NCBI GenBank assembly: GCA_012295275.1
Contig: CM022669.1
Location: forward strand, 2,108,001-2,172,000
Origin: Chrysomallon squamiferum
Lineage: Eukaryota > Animalia > Mollusca
Length of the DNA stretch: 64,000 bases
Direction: 5' to 3'
Every line of letters begins with the position of its first letter. Position 1 is the stretch's first letter. Shown piece by piece: positions 11,092-33,578 of this stretch. Under the pieces are notes generated by a model, which saw only the letters and a program-made list of their open reading frames with translations, searched no databases and was not told where the DNA came from. The position numbers and the translations under genes are program-made.

Positions 11092-13411
11092 GTATGTATA
11101 ATATGTTGTGTCTGTATTAAAATATTGATTAGAGCAGTGATACTTCATAAATGGATGAATGGGTCACTCATTTTTTAATGAAATTAGGGATGAAAATATC
11201 ACAAAAAAAGGAATTTCAGATATCAGTGAATAATCTTGTTTGAAAAAAATGGTGAATGACACTAAAACAGTTTAAAAATCACTAGATTAATGTATACATA
11301 ACTTTTGAAGACAGTGCATTAATTTTTTTTATTATGACATGTGTTATTTATGACATGGTATTAAAATATTTTACTAATGCCTACTAATGTATTCATGTGA
11401 ATAGACTTTGTCTCATCTTAATGTGCAATTTTTAATTTTGCAATGAGCATGGCAACAGTAATTACAGTTGAAAGCAAAGTAATTATTTTAAAAATGTATG
11501 TGTACATGTGTGTTCAGCTGGGTTATATAGGTTTGTACAAAAAAATTAAAAAATGATATATTGAAAAACAGCCCTTTATATTTTCCTATTGTATTTTCTT
11601 TGTATTTAGAAGTCAGAGAATGAAAACATTAGTAACATTGTTACAGAAACTGCAGAAAAGGACCTCAACTTAGATTTTTGTGATAAGACCACTTGTTATG
11701 ATGTACTATGGTATTTCATGTTTATACTTGAGTAAGTTAATAAAATTTATCATGCCTTTTAAAATATTGTTGTCCGAATAGAGCATAAACACATTTTCTA
11801 TTTTCCCAGTTCCAAATAATTTTATTTTTTATTTACTGACTCAGCCTTTGTTAATAATAAATATGATAATAATATAATATGTACGTGTAAATACAAATAT
11901 CACTTTGTATATGTGTGTAAAGCAACTCATGTAAAAATCAATAAATAGATATATTTACAGTAACTTTTACATAGCTCATATGAATGATTTTAACCATTTC
12001 TCAAAGGACACTGACACAATGTATGTTTTAGTTCTTAGGTACTTGATTAACATTATTAACTTTCTCCACAGTAACTAATATTTAAGAATTTAAGCAATAA
12101 TTTAAGAAAAACTGCTTGGATCATCTAGGTTTGTTCATTGTACTATTCTTCAGTAGGGTGTAAAGTTTGCAGTTAGTTATTTACTGAAATGTTCATTACA
12201 TTTCTGCCATATGTTCATGTCAGTGGTTACATTTTTAGCTAATATAATATAATAATAAAGCATAGTATGATATATTTAAAATGAAAGGAAATTGAAAGTA
12301 ATACAGAAATTATACTTTTCATTTGACAGTATAGAATAATGCTTTTTTAAAACATTATTAATGAGAAACAATCTAGAAGTTTGCATGTTTAATGTTAATA
12401 TTATTTTAATATTATTTCAAATTACCTATTCTCTTCCTCCCTCTCCTTTTTGAGCCTCGCCTTCTCATTATTGTTGTTTTTCTTTAGACTTATTTTTAGT
12501 TTATTTAAAGTAAGTTTATTCTTTCCAGGGTATTTATCTATAGCTCCTATACCATACTAGTTCATCTGTGTGAAGTGGATGGAAAAATTCCATTTAGCTC
12601 TTCCTCATTAGTTCTATGCATCGAAATCCTAAAGGTACTGTATATATACAGAGATATATTTTTCTACATTTGTTTATAGTTTTGCTAATTACTAGATTTA
12701 AATCTTTTGTAATTAATAAGTTTGAAAATGGTTCTGGTATGATTAATGGATGTTATCTCATAAAATAAATATTTTTTCATATCACTGGGTTTTAATTTTT
12801 TCATCCCATTTTCAGACACATTGAAGAGTAATAATATTAGTATACATATGCCTTTGAATAAATAAAAACCAAATTAGGATTTAAAAAATATCAAATACAA
12901 GTATGTAAAACCTTAAAAAACCAAAAGAAAATTGCAGAATGAAATACACTACAAGAAGCAGCAATATGGTGAAATGACATTTTGAAGATTTAAAGCAGAT
13001 TTTAAATTATTTTTAATACAGTGTTGGCCTCTGAGGCACTAAAATTCTTACACCAAATAAAAATATATTTTTGAGAAACATAAATATCACTTATAATAGA
13101 TAGAAACATTTGGAGATAAAACCTTTTTTTTTCTAAATCAGTTATATTTGCTAAATATCAACAACTGTATATCAACATGAGCAGATTTTAAAAAAGAAAT
13201 GAATAATTCAAACTACATATGCCAAGGTGAGTGGGACATTGTTGAAATTGGTGAGTCATTGTCATTAAAATGTAGACTAGCTCAAAATCAGCAAGTTGTA
13301 TATTGTGTGTGTGATAAGTGAAACTGACAATTTTATGTAAAAACCTTTTTTTTTTTACTGAATTTGAAATCTTGCCAAAATATCTGGTGGCTTTTTTGAG
13401 ATACTACAGAC

Positions 13412-13442
<31 letters not shown>

Positions 13443-16400
13443 CGGAATAATAATAAAAAATAATAAAAAATAATAAAAACTATTTTTCAGTTTAAAAAAT
13501 TAATTTCTTTTCTTTATGATTTCTATTTTCCTTTTCTTTTTATATCAGATTATTTGATACATATTTTATTGGATTTTATAATATATATAATTTTTTATGT
13601 ATTTTTTTAAATTTTATTTTATTGTTGTTTATTTATTCATTTAGTATTATTTACCTACTTATTTATTTTGGTTTATGATTGTCCATTCATTTACTTTTTG
13701 TTTAGTTATGTTCTGGTATTTTTATTTTTGTTGTCCCTGTATTATTTTGTATTTCTTTCTCTATTTAGATTCTTATCTCCTGCTGTATGTATGCTCCTCG
13801 TGTAAAGGAACATGGATTACAAATGCCACCACTGAGTTACTGTCTACTGTTCACTGTACCGGCCTTCCTCTACTGCATCAACAACAACATTGCTGTCCAC
13901 ATGCAGACTCACATGGATCCAACAACATACCAGGTAGATATATTAAATGTATCAAATAAATAGAAATTCTGTTTATGCTATTATAAAATGGATATGTAAA
14001 AAATATAGACAGTTTTAAATTAGCACAATACAAGATAAAGAACATGAGTCAACACTCTGAATAATGGTTGGCAGCTTAACTGTGAATGAAGTTGCATGCA
14101 AATTATCAGAATAGGCAATGTTGTTTGGGTGTAAAACTGGGACATTGAATTCAAAGAGTTAATATATATTTCAGTTGAATAAATTTGTAATTTATCATTC
14201 ACTTAATCAGATCATTAAATTTTAATTATACTGCACTTTCTAAATATTCAGTTGTTTTTTGATAAAATTAGATTTTTTGATGTTCAGATTAAACTTAATT
14301 AAATAGAAATTAAATTTCTCCTTTTAAAATTTGTTATGTACAGATAATTAAATAAAAACCAAAATTAATATGTTGAATTCATCTTTTAGTTTACTACCTA
14401 GAAACATTTATCAAGTAGGATTGTCATCTGTTTTGAAAAGTTGACAGTAGGTAAATTAGATTAATTAAACATATTATACTTAAAATTAAAACAATGCTCC
14501 TGTCACACTGACTAAGTATTATACTAATCATTGCACTAAAATTTGCTTTTTAAAATGTAATTTGTTAATGTTTAGGTTTTAAGTAATCTGAAGATTGGAA
14601 CAACTGCAGTTTTGTATAGAATTGTCATCAACAGGTAGGTAAATTTTACTTACACATAAAGAAATCAGGCTTTTAGAAAATGTACTTAAATATTGTTAAT
14701 TCTGATTATAACAGAACAAAATTCTTTGTGATTATTTATTTAGATTTATCCTTCATCCTTCATGCTGTATATATTTACACTCTATGTAAATAAGCATGGA
14801 TTATGATGCCGTGATTAAGTTACTGTCTACTGTTTATTGTGCCTGCCTTCCCTATTTACAAAAATGCAACATGTTACAGATTATTGATTTTAAACATATT
14901 AAACTTTTTTTACCTTTATAAAAGATTTGACATTTGTAGTATATTGTAAAATACAGTGAGTTTTTAATATATAACTAGCTGAAATATCTTCATTTGTAAA
15001 AATTTGTGTTTATAGAAAAGTATTTTCCAAAACTGATCCAACACAGCTTCAGTCAGGCAGCATTTGTTTTGTTTTGTTAACCCATATCACAAAAAATATT
15101 AGATATTATTTTGGAGAAAAACCCAAAATGATGATTTTAACAGATTGCTTGTTTCCACATAATGCAATGTTCTTTGTTTTTCAAGCAATCTAAGCATATA
15201 ATCTTCTAGTTTGCTTTCCTAAAAAAAAAAAAAAATAATAATAATAAAATAAAAAGATAATAACAAGTATAAATATATTCCATTAACTAAAAATACAGTT
15301 TTATTTTATATTGCAGATAAGTAGTCATTCTGTGTCAAATCAGCCCCCCCCAAAAAATATATTTTAAACCTGACCATCTCGGATTTTTATGAAACTTGAT
15401 ATACTTGTTGATACACTGCAACAAATCTGAAAATTTAGGCCAATCAAATAAGTGGTGTGTGAGATATTGCTGCTCAAATTTTGAAATTTTCTGCCAAAAT
15501 GGGCATGAGCACCAACCTTTGAACCCTCATTTCTCAGGAGCTACTGGTCCAGTCTTCATAAAATTGGTATTGTTGAAAAGGCAATATGACAAGGATTCCA
15601 AATCTGCCATTAGTGACCTTGAGATGACCTTTCTTGAAATTTAATCTCCCATATGTTAACTAAAACATATAAAAGTTTCAGAGGTGCAATATTCTTTGCT
15701 TAGCAGCAATACACATTCAAAAATTGCATGTCCATGAATGTAACTCCTTTTCTGTCATTAACATCTGATTACCTAAATGACCAATTCCTGATGCTAGGAA
15801 TCACCATCTTTCTTGATCACCAAGTAATACATTGAAGGCCTACATGCTATGATCATATGATATCAAACTACTTCACTCATTGCCTTCTCATCAGTTCAGC
15901 AGTCACAGAATCATTCAGTTCATCCACTTCACCCTTAGACTTCTCCATGCTCTTCTGAAATGTCCTCAACTAGCCCAATCCATGTCTCATTTTCATACAG
16001 CCAGCGAACATTGTTTTGCTTCTTGGCTCCTCTGGTAACTCTGTCATATCATTCTCAAAATCCTGGGCAGATACTAGTTCTGGTGAGTCACTCTGCAGGC
16101 TCAGCTTGTAGGCATGCATATTTGACTTAGACACTGGAACTAACCAGTGAAACTGCTGTGTTCCCTTGATCGTTTTAGCCACTTGAAACCTACCTTGTAG
16201 TTCCAACTCATGCTTTGCTATGTGTTCTGGTGTGATGTTGAAAAAGTGAATACCTGGAATAGTCCTGAAGCAGAAGTCCATGATAGCCTGACTGGTCAGG
16301 ATTGGGTCTGTATAGGGATGCTGCAATCTGGCCTTTGTCAGCAACCTCTTCATCATCACCCCAAGTTCCATCACAGGCACTTTTGCCTTGGCTTGTCGCA

Positions 16401-19400
16401 AAAAGTTCCATTCACCTTCCAACCCAAAGTGCTCTTCATGATGGCTCAGGTTATAAAATTGTTGTTATTTTTATACGGTCCAGCACAGCCATCGGTGTCA
16501 CGAAATAGTGCAGTGAACTGAATTGATTTCGAGACTAGTTTTATCTCAGGCATAATCACTGTTTTACTTTAAAATATAGCAGTCATAGTACTAGTAAATG
16601 TACCACTATTCTTATAAATGACACAGTTGAAGTAATAATAGTAAAAGTTGTAGTTGTAGAAGTATCAGTGTTGTAATATCCATTGAAGTATATGTATTCT
16701 AGTAGTACTACTACTGCCAGTAATAATAATAATAATGATTATTATGATGATGATGGTGATGATGGTGATGAAGATAACAATAACAATGATAATAATAATC
16801 ATAATGATAATTAAAGCAATATTAATGCTACAAGTAGTAATAGTAATTGTGGAAGTAGTCTCTTAGATGTAGTAGTAGTAGTGGCAATAGGTAGTAGAAG
16901 ATATAATAGTAATGTAGAGGGAGTATTAGTATAATTAGTAGTACTAGAGGAAGTAGTAGGATCAATTATAGTGCTTGTAGTAGAGGAAATAGTGTCAGTA
17001 GAAGTACCAAATCAAAGAAATAGTTACTGTAGTAGTTATTGTAGTAGAGGGGGAATTAACAATATTTGTTATAATAAAAGTAGATGATGGTGACAGTAGT
17101 GGTTGTTCTAATAATAAAAGTAATAACAGCACCATTAGTAATAGTAGTAATGATAGAAGTACTGGTGGTGGTGGAAGTAGTAGTAGTATAGCAGTAGAGG
17201 TGCAGGTAATAACAGGAGCCCAGTTGGAGTTATAATAGTAATAGAAGTAACTACTAGCATCACTGATAATAGCATCAGTAGAAGAAGATGTAGTATTAGT
17301 AGAAATAGTTAGCAAAAAAAAAGGTACTGGGAATAGACAGAGTAATAGAAGAATTAGTAGTAGAAACTTCTAATTGCCATGTGCTCAGTAGGGATTTCAC
17401 CAGGGGAGTTCCTGACATGCTTGAAGCCACACTTCCTGTTAACCCTTTGGGCCTGATTGTGTAGAACATATCATGCCATTTGGTGGTCACACTTATTTTG
17501 GCCGAAAATCTCAAAATTCAGGGGCCATATCTCTCACACCACTGGTCTGACTGGCCTAAAATTTCAGATTTGGTGCTGTGGGATCCCAGTCAACATCTGA
17601 GATGGGTTTAACCCATTGTGTGATTTGACATGGCATAACCTTTTTGTTAACTGCCGTGTGTGTGCGCGTGTATGTGTGTGTGTGTGTGTGTGAATGCAGA
17701 CAGTTATGTGTTTTATATTTTTCATGATAACTGATATGAACTAAGAAAAAAAAAAAAATGCATTTCAAACATTAGTCAATAGGAAAACAAGCAATACAAG
17801 TTTATTTATAACTTGTATCTGTGACACTGTACCATTTATAACTGAAAAGCAATAGACTTCCTGTCAGTTAAATATATATATTTATATGTAAACTCACATC
17901 TTGTAATGTAGAAATATAACCTCAGAATGTCTGGTTGTTCTGAACAGTGAAATGATTTATGTTACTTGATTGTTGCTTTATTAGTATATATCTTTTAAAC
18001 ATACTTTCCTATTTGTGAACTATAAAACATGGCCTAGCTGCTAATTAATAATTAATTTCCCAAGCAAGTTTTTCTTTCATATATCATTCTGAAATCAGGT
18101 TAATGTTAAATACCTAATGCAAAAACAAATATTCATATTTTTTACATTATGTTATGTTACATTATATTATGTTACGTTACAATACATTATTTATTAATTT
18201 ATTATTCTTGTGTTACTATTTCAGGAAACTTTCTTCTTTACAATGGTTTGCTTTGTTTTTATTGACAATGGCTGGTACACTGGACAGGTTGGTATCATCA
18301 AATATAAAATTATATTATTTCAAATTACTTACTTAGAAATATAGCTGCATTTGTAAGAATTGTGAAACTTTGTTGCAGCAGCTGTATTCTAAATATTCTA
18401 AATATATACTGTTTGCAAATAAATAAAAGTTTTCCTACTTTTACAAAAGAAACTATTGTGATAAGATGCAAAATACTAGAATGCTTGACTTTCACTCTCT
18501 ACACTGATCCCTGTGTTTCATAATCTTGTGGTAATTTTAATTTAAAGTATGCAACATGATTATTTCAGGAATTCTGTAATTAAATTAAACATTGCTTGTT
18601 TTTATTAAATATTTATATTTTGTATATAAAGTAGTATTTATATATTTTATATTTATTTATTTTAATTTTTTTATATAACATTTGTGCACATTCATGATAT
18701 ATATTTACATAAATCTTTCTTATATTTTGTATTTAAAGGTCCTTTTTTAATGTTAAGGAATATATTGAAAAAAGATGAAAGTTGACTATGTTGACTTATA
18801 CATTTGTTTCATATACTTGATGTTTCAGCTATGGTGGGATCTACTCACGAGAAGGGAAGTCTGCTGGTGAAATACACCTGTCTATCCGAGGTCTGATTAT
18901 GATATCAGTTTATTGTTTTATATCTGGACTCTCAGGAGTTTACACAGAATATGTACTTAAAGCTAATTTCCAGGTATGAATACTTTCACTTCCAGAATTC
19001 ATGAATAAAATATTTTTTTGTTTTTAACAAGGATATATAGTTACAATATATTTTTATTTTTTTGTATGTTAGCAACAGGGGGTTACTTCAGAATGGTAAA
19101 ATAAAATATATGCAAGAAAATTCCACCATCTCATATAATTTTAATAAAATCCACAGTGATTGTTGATGATTAAATCAAAAGAGTAGGAATAAATCCTGGT
19201 ATCACTTTAAGTCAAGTTTTGGTATTATTAGTGTTTTACTTTATCAGATTGAATTAATATCTGATTACTAACACTATATATTTTACATCATGAATTATTA
19301 GACATTTTGAGAATAATGGTCTTTTTATTTTTATTTTATCTACAGACATCATTACACCTTCAGAATATTCTGTTATATGTTTTTGGAATAATTCTGAATG

Positions 19401-21888
19401 GCGGAACTTGGCTTGTACAGTCTTTCATTTCTCCAACCACAAGTAAGTTTTTGTCTGAACCTTATTAGTTTATCATATGTCATACTGACACAAGAACCTG
19501 TTATAAAAAGAAAAACATCTGATTAGTCTTGATATCAGACATTTCTTTTCTTAGAGGGTTCCCTGTTCCCGTCATGTATATTTTAGAATCTGTTCCATTC
19601 CTCCTGCAGCTGCTGACCATCTTCTGATAAATTGGTTTGATTTCTCACACATGTCTGTCTCCCTGTCATGTCCCAGACTTGTTCAATATGGGAAAGGTCC
19701 AGGCTTATTGCTTTACATGGCATTTGATAGATGCTATGCTGCAGGAGGTGAGCATTGACAATTTGTGGACAGCAAGTATGGGGGGCATTGTTAGCTTGAA
19801 TATTCCAGTTCTGAATCTTCCTGCTACATTCACCTTTGTGAGGCACTGTGATGATTTGTCAGAGTGGCACAACTGGAGGGCCATTGAGCATGAAGATTGT
19901 CTGCATTAAAACAATTTATAATTGTTTGACACCAGTGGCCTGATGAAGGTTTGAAACAAACTGATTTGCCATTTGAACTCAATTTCTTTGAGCCTTGTTA
20001 TAGATGAATTGATCCTGTATTGTCCAGTGGATTGTAATATTCTGGGTTTGTTGGTAACTGCTCCTGCTGGAAAATCTAAGATAAAAAATGATGTTTGGTC
20101 TAACAGTTGGTATTTTAGGTTCCACTGCTTTTTTAAGAAGAGTATAAATATATAAAGTTGGTTTAATGCATTGGAAAAAGATTGTCATAAGAAGTGTGTA
20201 AAAACCACTTTGTTTAGAAATTAAATTGCTTCACATTGTGTCTTATACTTAATCTTATTTTATTAAAGAAATAATTGTCTTATATTTACAGATGACCAGT
20301 ATAATTTTTTTAAAGGATTTACATTTTACACATGGCTGATAATAATAACACAAGTAAGTATAATAGTCATTTTCTGAAATCTGAATCAGATCTGCATTTC
20401 TTCTTGATTTGAGCTAAAGTTTCTTCATAACAAAATACAGCTATTAGTCCATCACTCCAGTTGTGATCAATTTTAAAACTGCAGTGTAATACCTTATTAT
20501 TTAACAAGCATAGATTACCCAAAACAAACAAAATAATAACTTGGGATAAAAAGAATATTTTTCGCACTTCATTTGTACTATTAAAGGATCTTTAATAAAA
20601 CAACAGTTATTTTTTAAACTGATTCTTAATTCATTTAATTTAAAATCATATACATTAGTAAAACTAGGCAGATCTTTTTCATCTATTATTTTTAATATCA
20701 AATTTTATCATTGTCATTATCATTTTGCTTTCTCACTGTACAGCTGCCCACAAATCCTGAATCAGCTGAAAACTGTTACTTCCCTCAGCACAGCAGAGAT
20801 GCACTTTTGTTCAAATGAGCATGTAACATGAACCACAACTAAAGAGCAGCATATCCTCTTTCTAATTCACTGCTTGTTTTTGTTTTGATGAAAGAGTTTT
20901 TGAAGAAATATACCATTTCATGCACTCACACAGTTAAAAAATGGTTTATGAACTAAATATTCTCTATCTTTTTTCAAAAATATATCTGTTGAAGCTCAGT
21001 TTTTGAAAAGAGCAACTTCTGCTCTTTCTAATGGCATTGCAGGGTAATCTTGGGGTGTCAAAATGCAGAAATGAACATCTCTCACTAAGCAAATGGATAG
21101 GAATAGGTTGTGGAATAAAATATGTGTGACAGACATATATTGTTAGACATATCTTCTAAACATGTTCATATATTTTTTCAGAGAAAGTTGATTGTAGTGA
21201 TTTTAAAGGATGGTAATTTGTAATTGATGTGTTGTGGGTTTTAATCAGTCAGAGTTTGACTTTAACATTAGCTTATTTTTAGCCTACATTTTATTTTATT
21301 GTGATGAATATTTGCATATGCTTTCATATATAAGTTTTTTCTAGTGACAAAAAAAAAAAAATAGAAAAACCTAAGAAATTGGCATAATTATGTATTGAAA
21401 ATTGGCAGATGTCAACAGCAAATAGTTGTATATGGATACTGGATAATGCCCTTGACAAATATAAACTGAATATACATATTTTTATAAGCATATTACTCTG
21501 TTGGGATAGGATCATGGAGTGAAATATAGCTTTTGAATGTAAAAATGTGAAAGATACAAGCTGGCAGAAATCATAATTTTCTGATGTTTTTTTTTTTAAT
21601 TGGAGATGAAATTTTGTGTGCCATTACCTGCTGTTATTATTATTTTATATATATATATATATATAAACTGTTGTATTTTTTTTTTTTTTCTTCCAGGCAG
21701 GTAATGGTTTGATCATGTCTTTGATTATGAAGTATCGTAGCAACATCACCAGGCTCTTCATCATCTCCTGTGCCATGCTGGCCACCACACTGTTGTCAGT
21801 TCTCATCTTCCATCTCAAACTGAACATCTACTTTATTTCTGCTTTCTTTCTTGTCATCACTGCTCTTATCCTTTACAACCAGTCATGA
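11089..21888 (+). CDS. SLC35A4: Probable UDP-sugar transporter SLC35A4 (SLC35A nucleotide-sugar transporter family), ~337 aa
   Basis: Coding exons 11089-11091 (ATG only), 11610-11731, 12529-12634, 13769-13933, 14576-14634, 18225-18287, 18829-18973, 19346-19442, 20292-20353 and 21697-21888. All introns are GT-AG and phase-consistent (1014 nt). Motifs: LCEVDGKIPFSSSSLVLCIEILK (SLC35A4-like), PAFLYCINNN, MDPTTYQVLSNLKI, QWFAL, SGLSGVYTEYVLK, LHLQNILLYVFG, NGLIMSLIMKYRSNITRLF. Confidence 0.9.
14741..14872 (+). pseudogene. Degenerate duplicate (pseudo-exon) of SLC35A4 exon 13769-13933
   Basis: Collinear similarity to the real exon: TGCTGTATxTAT, CATGGATTA, ATGCC, AGTTACTGTCTACTGTT and GCCTTCC appear in the same order, preceded by a similar TTTAG|ATT acceptor. 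It carries indels and has no matching donor. Confidence 0.75.
15322..17640 (-). mobile_element. Decayed Sola2-type DNA transposon with transposase remnant (SLC35A4 intron)
   Basis: Ends GTCATTCTGTGTCAAATCA... and ...TGATTTGACATGGCATAACC form degenerate TIRs that match the 38786-39617 element. A frameshifted minus-strand remnant (~15960-16520) reads DGCAGPYKN...EWNF/FATSQGKSACDG...KRLLTKARLQHPY, resembling the DG-x-A-x-QYKN / FFATSHGK-x-x-CDG core recalled for Sola2 transposases. An (AGT/AAT)-rich low-complexity block occupies ~16580-17370. Confidence 0.75.
19583..20146 (-). mobile_element. Tc1/mariner transposon relic (SLC35A4 intron)
   Basis: The minus-strand ORF 19583-19846 has degenerate Tc1 catalytic motifs: QANNAPH (~QDNARPH), SLDLSHIEQVWD (~SPDLxPIExVWD) and LQEEW. 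A TA-flanked TIR-like end (TATACTCTTCTTAAAAAAGCAGTGGAACC) lies at ~20146. The other end is not identifiable. Confidence 0.7.
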
Positions 21889-24800
21889 CTGTTTGCTCTT
21901 TACAGACATTGCTTTTATTTTAAATTCTTGTTGTTTTTCAAAAATTAAAAATCCTTCATATGTATATGATGGTACATTAGTTTTCTAAATAAATTTTGTT
22001 TGTGTTTCTAAAAATGCAAGCCCTCACTTTTGCAAAGTCAGGTTGTCTATAAAAATCAAAGTGCCTGACATACCCAATGTTTAGTTGTTTTAATAAGTAC
22101 AAAGAGATTCTTGTTATATTTGAGATTAGAATGTTTTTCTGAGTACATCTTTGATTTATGCAAGACTTGGATATGATATATGCTAAAAAAAACTTAAGCA
22201 CAGATCATAAGATATTTATTTCTTTGTAGATGTGACAATGGATACAAACATTTAAATGATTTTTATACTAAAATGATCATCATCTCCAACTGCAAATGTG
22301 ATAAGAGGACAACTGTATTATAGTTAAATTATCTAATAAGCCAGTTTCTTTGTGTTTCTGGACCTGAATATTGTTAAATTTTATAATTAGTAACAACATA
22401 TATTAAGTTATGTTGATTTGTAATAAATTAATAAAATAAAATAGATTGAGATAAATTAAGAATGAAAATTTTAAAAGAATGATTTTTTACCATCATTCAA
22501 GAATATAATGTCAAGTCAAGCATTTTAATAATCTAATTTTTAGACTGGAAGATAATAAAAAAGAATATATATATATTTTATTATTTATTTATTTTTGATA
22601 AAAAAAATTCAATAATTTTGTTGAGTTTTTAATGTCAGTTTCTTTTCTATTTATTTCCTTCATTCACTTTAAGATATGTTTGATTTTTAAATCCAAACTG
22701 TTTAGTCATTATAGTCTCATCAGTAAAACCACTAACTAACTGTTAAGAAATTTTCACTGATCCTGGTTTATATTTTAAGTTGACAGTTTTATTGACACTT
22801 TGTTTGTAGTGATTAGTATTATTGTTTATTTATTTATTTATTTATTGTAATAACTTCTGTGGGGTGGTAATAAGTTACTAGCAGCAAGGAATCATTTATA
22901 TACATGAAATTATATTAAGTTAGTCTGATTTTGGTATTGGACGAATGAATGTGGCAGTTTGCAAAATATTGTTTTAACATTAGATAGCAAACTTTATTTG
23001 TTAGGTATTCTATTTTATAAAATGTTATTTGCATTTGATTCCTATTTTATTTATGTTAATCAAACCATTAATCCATTATTAGCAATAATAAAAACCAAAT
23101 AATTTCAAAAACTTTTTATTTCTCTGTTTTTTCTCTCACTTCTTGTTTGTTTGTAATTTTTGTTTATACGCTTATGATGTCATTATCTACATGCCACTAC
23201 ATGTGTAACATCTCCTTTCATGTTTTTTCTTTTGTAAATAAAATACTGTTTTTTTTCATGTTCCATTTTAAACTGGTTTAGTTTTGTTTTGTTTTTTAAA
23301 AATGGTGATACAGATTCTAGTTTTATAGTATCATGTTTTGTTTTATAAAATTACACAAAAATGTGTATCAAATTTTATTTGTAATCATGATTTTTTATAC
23401 TTTCCTCAATTTATTAGGACTTTATCTTTGTTTTGTTGGCTATATAAGTTTTTAATTAATTTTATATTTTAGGTTTCATCTTTGGTTTGTGTTTCAGCAT
23501 AGATTTAAAGGGACCAGGAATTACTTTCTGTTACCTATTTTGTTTTAACTTGTTTGTTAGATTTCAGTTTATTACTGATTGAAAGTTTACATTTTATCAG
23601 AATAAACAGATAATTGAGAGGGGGAAAAAACAAAAAACATTTTGATGGTGTTTGAACATTTTGCCACTTTCTGGTAGTCTTTAATAGGGCATCTTTCATA
23701 ATCATTATTAACAGTGCTCAGTTGTTTTAGCACTATGTATGTACTACTAAACTGGTAAACAATATTTTAGTTCTATTTTTGTACTGACAAATTTTGATTT
23801 TTAAATTGGTTTACCAGTATTAGTAAAAAACATACTATATACTTATCATAAAACTAAAGAAACAAAAAAAAAAAAAATAATAATAATAAAATTTAAATAT
23901 AATTGTAAAGTAAGTGATTTCTTGTAATTCAGTGGTTTTTTAATGTAAGTTTTATGGATACTTACTGACAAAATCCAGAAAACATATTTATTGTATCATG
24001 TAGAACATTTTAACTACTGTATTTATATTTTACATTTTTAAAATCATTAAATTCGGTGAAAATAGAATGTTTTGTAGACATGATTATCAGTAGATTTTAA
24101 CTAAAAATGTTGAGTAATGTTTTCAGTATGTTTTAATTTTAATGTATTAAGAAAATAATTTATGGGTTTTAAATGTTATTGTTAATTAGCAAAAGAGTTC
24201 TTAACCATAGAGATTCCTATTTGTGACTGAATATAAACCAACTTTTTAAAATATGTATATACTTTTATATATATGTGTGTGTGTGTGTGTGTGAGACAGA
24301 GTTAAAGGGAGGAAACATTACGTGATTGGTAACACTTATTACTGATTATTGGCAATTTTTTTATTTATAAATTATTATTTTTTAAATGTTTTGTATGCCT
24401 TCCCTTATAAAGTGCAAACCACAGTTTTAGTCATAGTCATAGAGAATTGATTCCATGTTCCCTGTCAGTTAGCTTATCATCTAAACAATGTTTGCATTAC
24501 AATAAAGTATGATTGTCTTGGATAACGTTTTGGAGGAAATAGCTTAAAAATGCACCTGTATGTACGAGATGTGTTAAATTGTGAACCACACATTGTTGGG
24601 AAGGATAATGTAATAATAGCAATGGTATATTTTGTATTATAAAGACATTGTTGAATACAAGATACAAGCTAATTCATTCTTTATTGAAATATTTTATTCA
24701 AACAATGGATTGTTTTGCTGTTCATAAAAAGCTTGCAGATTTGAATATTGAAAATGAACATAAATGCACAGATTTTCATGTATATTACATGTCGTAGATG

Positions 24801-25243
24801 AGAATATAAGTTAAGCGCTTTCGTTTGAAAACATGCATTTCGGTCACGAATAACGGTTTCGATGTTTTAGAAATGCATATAAAAGTAATAAAACATTTGC
24901 AATTAAAAATAATGTATAACATTTACATTTTAATAATCATATATTTTCCTCCGATACCTCACGAAAAAATGTTCTAACATTTAACTGTTCCAATACGAAT
25001 ATAAATAAATAAAAAAATATTTCATTATTTTTTGTTTTGGCAACATTAAAAATAGAAGGGAAACAAATGTGACACCTAATATGACAACTGTTAAAGCCGC
25101 GGTTCGGGTTTGTCTTCATAACTGTAGCCATTGTTGCTTAATTCTTTCAACATATCGGCCCTTGTAGCTGTTCATCCCCTACCGCTTTGCCATTGCGACT
25201 CACAGAGGAAAGCCGTGATTGTTGCACAATAAAAGTCGAGACT

Positions 25244-33255
<8,012 letters not shown>

Positions 33256-33578
33256 TTCATAGAGACCGCCTGCTCAATCACTTTTATCTGTAATTACTAG
33301 TTTAAACCAGGCGAGACATCTATTGATTACATCCGTCACCAGACTTCTTTTATTCAATTTACTATATATCGTAATTTATTTCTTTATTTTTTTTTTATAT
33401 AATTTTAATATTTTTTCTCCTACTTTCAATCTTAGCGCCTAGGGGCTGTCTGCGGTTTTAGAAATTGTTCTTAAAACTACATTTGTGATCTAAAATAACT
33501 TGATTGATTGTTCCGTGTGTCTAGGTCAGACTGGCTTTTTCTTCATGTCATTCTCCACATCAACATTTCGTCTTTTAA

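Noticed and set aside
16580-17370. Ser/Thr/Leu-rich ORFs resembling a mucin or membrane protein
   Set aside because: Degenerate (AGT/AAT)n low-complexity DNA inside a decayed transposon, with stops in all frames over the longer span.
20740-21070. Possible decayed LINE 3' fragment in a SLC35A4 intron
   Set aside because: Only a vague Cys/His pattern interrupted by stops and frameshifts, too weak to call without a profile search.
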